64,000 nucleotides of DNA from Candidatus Versatilivorator sp. (GTDB lineage: Bacteria > Acidobacteriota > Terriglobia > Versatilivoradales > Versatilivoraceae). The stretch spans positions 480,001-544,000 of the forward strand of contig OZ242296.1 of assembly GCA_965207735.1 (NCBI GenBank), written 5' to 3'. Positions 58,773-64,000 of the stretch are shown here, piece by piece. The notes below the pieces were generated by a model that was not told where the DNA came from, did no database searches, and saw nothing but the letters and a program-made list of their open reading frames with translations. Within the stretch, counting starts at the first letter, position 1. Each line of letters starts with the position of its first letter. The translations under genes and the position numbers were made by a program.

Positions 58773-59585
58773 TTGCCATCTGTCTCGATGAAAGAACTGC
58801 TGGAGGCCGGGGTCCACTTCGGCCATCAGACCAGACGCTGGAACCCCAAGATGAAGCAATATATTTTTGGGGAGCGCAACGGGATCTATATCATTGACCT
58901 GCAAAAGACCCTGCGTATGTTCAAGGAGGCTACCCGCTTCATCACAGAGGTGGCTGCCCAGGGCGGGGCACTCCTCTTCGTGGGGACCAAACGTCAGGCG
59001 CAGGAAGCTGTCGCGGAGGAGGCCCAGCGGTGCGGCATGTACTTTGTCAACCAGCGTTGGCTGGGAGGACTGCTGACCAACTTCGTCACCATTAAGAAAT
59101 CGGTCGCACGGCTGAAGGAGTTGGATGAAATGTCGACCGACGGTCGATACCAGCTCTTGTCCAAGAAGGAAGTGGCGCGACTGGAACGCGAGCGCCGGGG
59201 GTTGGAGAAGAACCTCTCGGGGATCAAGGAGATGAAGTCGCTTCCTCGCATTCTCTTCGTGATCGACTCCAAGAAGGAAGAGATTGCCGTCCGTGAAGCC
59301 AACCGGCTGCAAATCCCTGTGGTGGCGGTGGTGGATACCAATTGCGACCCGGATCGCATCGATCACGTGATTCCGGGGAATGACGATGCGCTTCGCGCCA
59401 TCAAGCTTTTTACCTCCAAGGTAGCCGACGCGGTGGTTGACGGTACGGGCGTCTCGAAGGAGAAGGTCGAGGCCCGGGAGGAGGCGGCGAAAGATGGAAG
59501 CCAAGCCGCGCCCGAGGGCGAAGCGGCCTCGGAGAAGGATGTTCCCCCGGTCGAGAGGGGCGGCCAAGCCCAGGACGTGGCCTGA
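58773..59585 (+). CDS. rpsB: 30S ribosomal protein S2 (TTG start)
   Basis: [34 protein letters not shown]; AGGAGG SD. Confidence 0.98.
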   Translation: MPSVSMKELLEAGVHFGHQTRRWNPKMKQYIFGERNGIYIIDLQKTLRMFKEATRFITEVAAQGGALLFVGTKRQAQEAVAEEAQRCGMYFVNQRWLGGLLTNFVTIKKSVARLKELDEMSTDGRYQLLSKKEVARLERERRGLEKNLSGIKEMKSLPRILFVIDSKKEEIAVREANRLQIPVVAVVDTNCDPDRIDHVIPGNDDALRAIKLFTSKVADAVVDGTGVSKEKVEAREEAAKDGSQAAPEGEAASEKDVPPVERGGQAQDVA

Positions 59586-59819
59586 GGATTGGGGCGAACG
59601 GATTGCCGCAGGCCGGACCCGGCCGGATTTTGCGGTCGGGGTCTGACATCCCTTTGTTCTTCTTCAACCCATTCTTTCCCCGGGCAACATTTCCCAGCCC
59701 AACCCGAAGCACACCAGGACAGGAACAGGCAGCCACCGGATGCCATCGAAGCAGGCGCGGTCTTCCAGGCGGCTGCACATTGATTCATGAGCGATCATCT
59801 AGTTTGCGAGGACGTGGAA

Positions 59820-60467
59820 ATGGCCATTACAGCCCAACAAGTCAAGAGTCTACGAGAGAGAACCCAGGCCGGAGTGCTGGATTGCAAGTTGGCGCTTGAG
59901 GAATCCCAGGGAGATTTTGAGAAGGCGACCGTCATTCTCAGGAAAAAAGGACTGGCCGCGGCAGCCAAACGGGCCGACCGAGCTACCGCGGAGGGGTTGA
60001 TTCATGCCTACATTCATTCCGGCGACAGCCTGGGAGTGCTGGTGGAGTTGAACTGCGAGACCGATTTTGTGGCCAAGACACCGGAGTTCCGGGAACTGGT
60101 CAAGGATATCGCCATGCACATCGCCGCCCTGGCGCCCAGGTATGTGCGGCGGGAGGATGTCTGCCAGGGCGAGATCGATCAGGAAAAGGATATCTATCGC
60201 TCCAAAGCCCTGGCCAGCGGCAAGCCGGAGAAGATCGTCGAGCGGGTGGTTGAAGGCCAGCTTGGCAAGTTCTTTGGCGAGGTGTGTCTCCTGGAGCAGT
60301 CCTTTGTCAAGGATCCCTCGATCACGGTGGGACAGCTGGTGGCCGACCGCATAGCCTCCACCAAGGAGAATATCAACGTGCGGCGGTTTGTGCGCTTCAA
60401 GTTGGGAGAAGGGTTGCAGAAGAGATCGGCCGACTTCGCCGGTGAAGTGGCCGCTCAATTGGACTGA
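59820..60467 (+). CDS. tsf: Elongation factor Ts (short form)
   Basis: [35 protein letters not shown]. Confidence 0.97.
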   Translation: MAITAQQVKSLRERTQAGVLDCKLALEESQGDFEKATVILRKKGLAAAAKRADRATAEGLIHAYIHSGDSLGVLVELNCETDFVAKTPEFRELVKDIAMHIAALAPRYVRREDVCQGEIDQEKDIYRSKALASGKPEKIVERVVEGQLGKFFGEVCLLEQSFVKDPSITVGQLVADRIASTKENINVRRFVRFKLGEGLQKRSADFAGEVAAQLD

Positions 60468-60483
60468 TTTCGCCGGAAAGCCC

Positions 60484-61200
60484 ATGGTGGCGCCAGTGTA
60501 CAAGAGAGTTCTGCTGAAGCTGAGCGGTGAATCCCTGATGGGGAAACAGGCGTTTGGCGTGGACCCCCAGGTTGCCGGAACTATCGCCCGGGAAGTCCGT
60601 GAGGTGCATCGCCTGGGAGTGGAAGTCGCCATCGTCATCGGGGGCGGCAACATATTTCGGGGGCTGTCGGCGACCGCGCAGGGGGTGGAGCGGGTAGCTG
60701 GCGACCTCATGGGAATGCTGGCCACCGTGATCAACGCCATCGCTCTGCAGGACGCGCTGGAGAAGGTGGATGTGTTCACCCGGGTGGTGTCGGCCATCGA
60801 GATGCGCGAAGTGGCCGAGCCCTTTATTCGCAGGCGAGCCATTCGCCATTTGGAAAAACGTCGCGTAGTCATCTTTGCGGCCGGCATCGGCAACCCCTAT
60901 TTCTCGACCGACACGGCGGCCGCCCTGAGGGCCATGGAGGTCAAAGCCGAGGTGATTCTGAAAGGCACCAAGGTCGACGGAATTTTCAATGCCGACCCGA
61001 TGAAGGTGAAAGACGCCAGGATGTTTGACCAAATCAGCTATATCGATGTGATCGGCAAGGGCTTGAAAGTCATGGACGCCACCGCGATTTCCCTGTGCAT
61101 GGAGAATTGTATGCCGATCGTTGTTTTCAACCTGGGGCGCAGCGGCAACATTAAGCGGGCTGTTCTCGGGGAAAAGATTGGAACCGTGGTCAAGGTGTAA
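60484..61200 (+). CDS. pyrH: UMP kinase
   Basis: [32 protein letters not shown]. Confidence 0.97.
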   Translation: MVAPVYKRVLLKLSGESLMGKQAFGVDPQVAGTIAREVREVHRLGVEVAIVIGGGNIFRGLSATAQGVERVAGDLMGMLATVINAIALQDALEKVDVFTRVVSAIEMREVAEPFIRRRAIRHLEKRRVVIFAAGIGNPYFSTDTAAALRAMEVKAEVILKGTKVDGIFNADPMKVKDARMFDQISYIDVIGKGLKVMDATAISLCMENCMPIVVFNLGRSGNIKRAVLGEKIGTVVKV

Positions 61201-61204
61201 GGCT

Positions 61205-61762
61205 ATGATCAAGGATGTTCTCAAGAAGACGGGAATCCGTATGGAGCAGGTGGTTGAGGATCTCCGGCGCTACCTGTCCACCGTGCGCACCGGGCGTGCC
61301 TCGGTCTCGCTGCTGGACCCGATCACCGTGGACTACTACGGGACGGCAACGCCCGTCAGTCAGGTGGGCACCCTGGCGGCGCCCGACCCGACCCTGCTCA
61401 CCGTGCAGCCCTGGGACGTCTCTCTCCTGCCGGCCATTGAGAAAGCCATCCTGGCTTCCGACCTGGGCCTGAACCCCGCCAACGACGGCAAGATCATCCG
61501 TATTCCGATTCCTCCGCTGAACGAAGAGCGCCGCAGGCAGTTGGCCCGCCATGTCGGCAAGGTCTTGGAGGAGCATCGCACGGCCCTGCGCCACATCCGG
61601 CGGGACGAGAAGGATGTCCTGAAGAAAATGTCGAAGGACAAGCAGTTGTCGGAAGACGACGAACGCAAGGGTTTGGAGGAGATTCAGAAACTGACCGACC
61701 AATACGTAGCCCGATTGGAGGAGCTTGCCAAGAGGAAAGAGGAGGAGATCCTTACTATTTAG
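61205..61762 (+). CDS. frr: Ribosome recycling factor
   Basis: VRTGRAS, DYYG, LGLNP..DG, PPLNEERR. Confidence 0.97.
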   Translation: MIKDVLKKTGIRMEQVVEDLRRYLSTVRTGRASVSLLDPITVDYYGTATPVSQVGTLAAPDPTLLTVQPWDVSLLPAIEKAILASDLGLNPANDGKIIRIPIPPLNEERRRQLARHVGKVLEEHRTALRHIRRDEKDVLKKMSKDKQLSEDDERKGLEEIQKLTDQYVARLEELAKRKEEEILTI

Positions 61763-61902
61763 TGGTCAGTGGAGGGTTTTGGGAGCAGCCAAGCACCTGA
61801 TGGCCTGGTTGAGTCTTCTTGAAAGACTGCGGAGAGATCGACAAGATGCTTAACCTGTCGATCGAATAACTGTCCACTAATCACTGACCACTATCCACTG
61901 CC
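61760..61902. repeat. Heptamer-array-flanked cassette, copy B
   Basis: AGTGGTC AGTGGAG begins inside the frr stop; AACTGTC CACTAAT CACTGAC CACTATC CACTGCC at 61868-61902; the ~100-bp core is homologous to 39454-39560. Confidence 0.85.
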
Positions 61903-61976
61903 CATACGGCCCGGCCCGGCCTTCCGCAACGCTTTTCGACCGCCCGTCTCGATCCACCAACCGGCCAGCATTTTGA

Positions 61977-62005
61977 TTGACAGGGAGCCTTCGCCTTGCT
62001 ATAGT
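61977..62005 (+). promoter_or_regulatory. Sigma70 promoter of the str operon
   Basis: TTGACA-N17-TATAGT with an extended TG. Confidence 0.75.
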
Positions 62006-62079
62006 CTTGTGGTTTTGCGCCTGGGACTGTTCCCCTAGGCTATCATATTGATAATGCGTGAATTCTGGGAGATTGGGAG

Positions 62080-62451
62080 TTGCCGACGTTTAATCAGCTG
62101 GTGAGGTTGGGTCGAACCAAGGCTAGAGACAAGACCAGCAGTCCAGCACTCCAGGGCTGTCCCCAAAAGCGGGGTGTCTGTGTGCGGGTCTATACCTCGA
62201 CTCCGAAGAAGCCAAACTCGGCGCTGCGCAAAGTGGCTCGAGTGCGGTTGACCAACGGCATAGAGGTCACGACCTATATTCCTGGCATTGGCCACAACCT
62301 ACAGGAGCATTCGATCGTGCTGATTCGCGGAGGCCGTGTGAAGGACCTGCCTGGAGTACGTTACCATGTTGTGCGCGGGACCCTGGACTCGGTCGGTGTG
62401 CAGAATCGCAGGCAAAGCCGGTCCAAGTACGGGGCCAAGCGGCCCAAGTAA
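62080..62451 (+). CDS. rpsL: 30S ribosomal protein S12 (TTG start)
   Basis: [30 protein letters not shown]. Confidence 0.98.
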   Translation: MPTFNQLVRLGRTKARDKTSSPALQGCPQKRGVCVRVYTSTPKKPNSALRKVARVRLTNGIEVTTYIPGIGHNLQEHSIVLIRGGRVKDLPGVRYHVVRGTLDSVGVQNRRQSRSKYGAKRPK

Positions 62452-62524
62452 ATCATTCCCGGACTCGAATCCAACGGCTAAACCGGCGGCATTGCACGCA
62501 ATGCCAGTCTCTGGAGCATAAGTC

Positions 62525-62995
62525 ATGCCACGCAAAGGACATGTGCCGAAGCGCCAAGTCATTCCCGACCCCGTCTATAACAGTCCCCAGGTCTCCAAAT
62601 TCATCAATTGCATCATGTGGAAGGGGAAGAAGAGCACGGCTGAACACGTGTTTTACGGCGCTTTGGACATCATCAAGGAAAAGACCGGAGACGATCCCCT
62701 CAAGGTTTTCAAGAAGGCCCTGGACAATGTCAAGCCTGTTCTGGAAGTCAAGTCCAGGCGGGTAGGGGGCGCCAACTACCAGGTACCCATCGAGGTGAAC
62801 CCGCATCGCAGGGTTTCGTTGAGTATCCGCTGGTTGATCAGCTTTACCCGCATGCGCAAAGAGAAGTCCATGCAGGAGAGATTGGCTGCCGAATTCATGG
62901 ATGCCGCCAGCAATCGCGGAGCGGCTATCAAGAGGCGCGAAGACGTACATCGCATGGCAGAGGCCAACAAGGCTTTTGCCCATTATCGGTGGTAG
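62525..62995 (+). CDS. rpsG: 30S ribosomal protein S7
   Basis: [29 protein letters not shown]. Confidence 0.98.
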   Translation: MPRKGHVPKRQVIPDPVYNSPQVSKFINCIMWKGKKSTAEHVFYGALDIIKEKTGDDPLKVFKKALDNVKPVLEVKSRRVGGANYQVPIEVNPHRRVSLSIRWLISFTRMRKEKSMQERLAAEFMDAASNRGAAIKRREDVHRMAEANKAFAHYRW

Positions 62996-63093
62996 ATGAA
63001 ATTTTGTTCGCTGGCAGGATGGGTTGGGCGCCTGAGGCCAAAGCTGCAGGAGGCCGCCCGATTCCAGTCCTACCCGTGGGCGCCCGGTTGCTT

Positions 63094-64000
63094 ATGTCCC
63101 GCCAGATTCCACTCGAGAAAATACGAAACATCGGAATTATGGCCCATATCGATGCCGGCAAGACTACGGCCACCGAGAGGATCCTCTACTATACCGGCAT
63201 CACCCACAAGATGGGCGAAGTCCATGATGGTACGGCCACCATGGATTGGATGGAGCAGGAGCAGGAACGGGGAATCACCATCACCTCGGCGGCGACCACC
63301 TGTTTCTGGAACGAGGTTCGCATCAATATCATCGATACTCCCGGTCACGTCGACTTCACCGCCGAGGTGGAGCGCAGCCTGCGTGTTCTGGATGGCGCCA
63401 TCTGCCTGCTGGGTGCGGTGGAAGGGGTGGAGCCTCAGACCGAGACGGTGTGGCGGCAAGGCGACAAATACGAAGTGCCGCGAATCGTCTTCGTCAACAA
63501 GATGGACCGGATCGGCGGCGACTTTTTCGGCTGCATCCGCATGATCAGGGATCGTTTGCTGGCTAAGCCGGTGGCGGTTCAGATCCCCCTGGGCAAGGAA
63601 GACAACTTCGTTGGCGTCATCGATTTGATCACCATGAAGGCCATCATCTACCGAGACGAAACCCTGGGAGCGGACCACGAAACGGCGGACATTCCTCCGG
63701 AAATGGTTGCCCAGGCGCAGGAGTGCCGTGAACGGATGATCGAGGCTGTCTGTGAGACCGACGACCCCTTGATGGAACAATATATTTCCGGTGAGTCTAT
63801 CTCGGCGGGCGACCTGAAGGCAGCCTTGCGCCGGGGCACATTGAACCTGGCGCTGGTGCCGGTGCTTTGCGGCGCCGCTTTCAAGAACAAGGGGGTGCAA
63901 CCCCTTCTGGATGCCGTGGTGGACTATCTGCCCTCGCCGGCCGACCTGCCTCCGGTGGTAGGCGCAGACCGGGAGGGTCGGGGTGAGATCGTCCGCGAGT
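63094..64000 (+). CDS. fusA: Elongation factor G (3' end runs off the window)
   Basis: [47 protein letters not shown]; follows rpsL-rpsG. Confidence 0.98.
   Translation, partial: MSRQIPLEKIRNIGIMAHIDAGKTTATERILYYTGITHKMGEVHDGTATMDWMEQEQERGITITSAATTCFWNEVRINIIDTPGHVDFTAEVERSLRVLDGAICLLGAVEGVEPQTETVWRQGDKYEVPRIVFVNKMDRIGGDFFGCIRMIRDRLLAKPVAVQIPLGKEDNFVGVIDLITMKAIIYRDETLGADHETADIPPEMVAQAQECRERMIEAVCETDDPLMEQYISGESISAGDLKAALRRGTLNLALVPVLCGAAFKNKGVQPLLDAVVDYLPSPADLPPVVGADREGRGEIVRE

Noticed and set aside
59586-59819. ncRNA between rpsB and tsf
   Set aside because: GC hairpin followed by a pyrimidine tract, consistent with an ordinary attenuator or processing site; no recognisable family.

Overview
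GC-rich bacterial chromosome segment, mostly housekeeping genes. Gene content and order (rplM-rpsI-rpsB-tsf-pyrH-frr, a DUF1501 plus PSD1 cytochrome pair, DUF1080, a long TolC) suggest Acidobacteriota; this is inference. From left to right it carries thiC (partial), an aldehyde dehydrogenase, etfBA, coaD/rsmD/recG, prfB with its programmed +1 frameshift, rpsT, an Nramp-like transporter, a LarA-family racemase, and a NatAB-like ABC exporter. Divergent from that exporter is an Mrp/Mnh antiporter operon with no MrpA and three MrpD-like subunits. Then come ftcD, skp-rseP-dxr-cdsA-uppS, truA, pyrE, TolC, two glycosyltransferases, pilD with four minor pilins, DUF1501/PSD1, menG, aroB, pcm, two Sel1 proteins, tatA, an LRR protein, lepA and the ribosomal/translation cluster ending in a partial fusA. 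I saw no rRNA, tRNA, CRISPR array, transposase or defence system. The least explained signal is non-coding: four separate families of small inverted-repeat elements sit in intergenic gaps, several exactly at gene ends. They are a ~138-bp CTAG-ended MITE, a heptamer-array-flanked cassette present twice with a conserved core, a decamer-array-flanked AT-rich cassette, and a REP doublet. There is also a structured leader upstream of the mrp operon.
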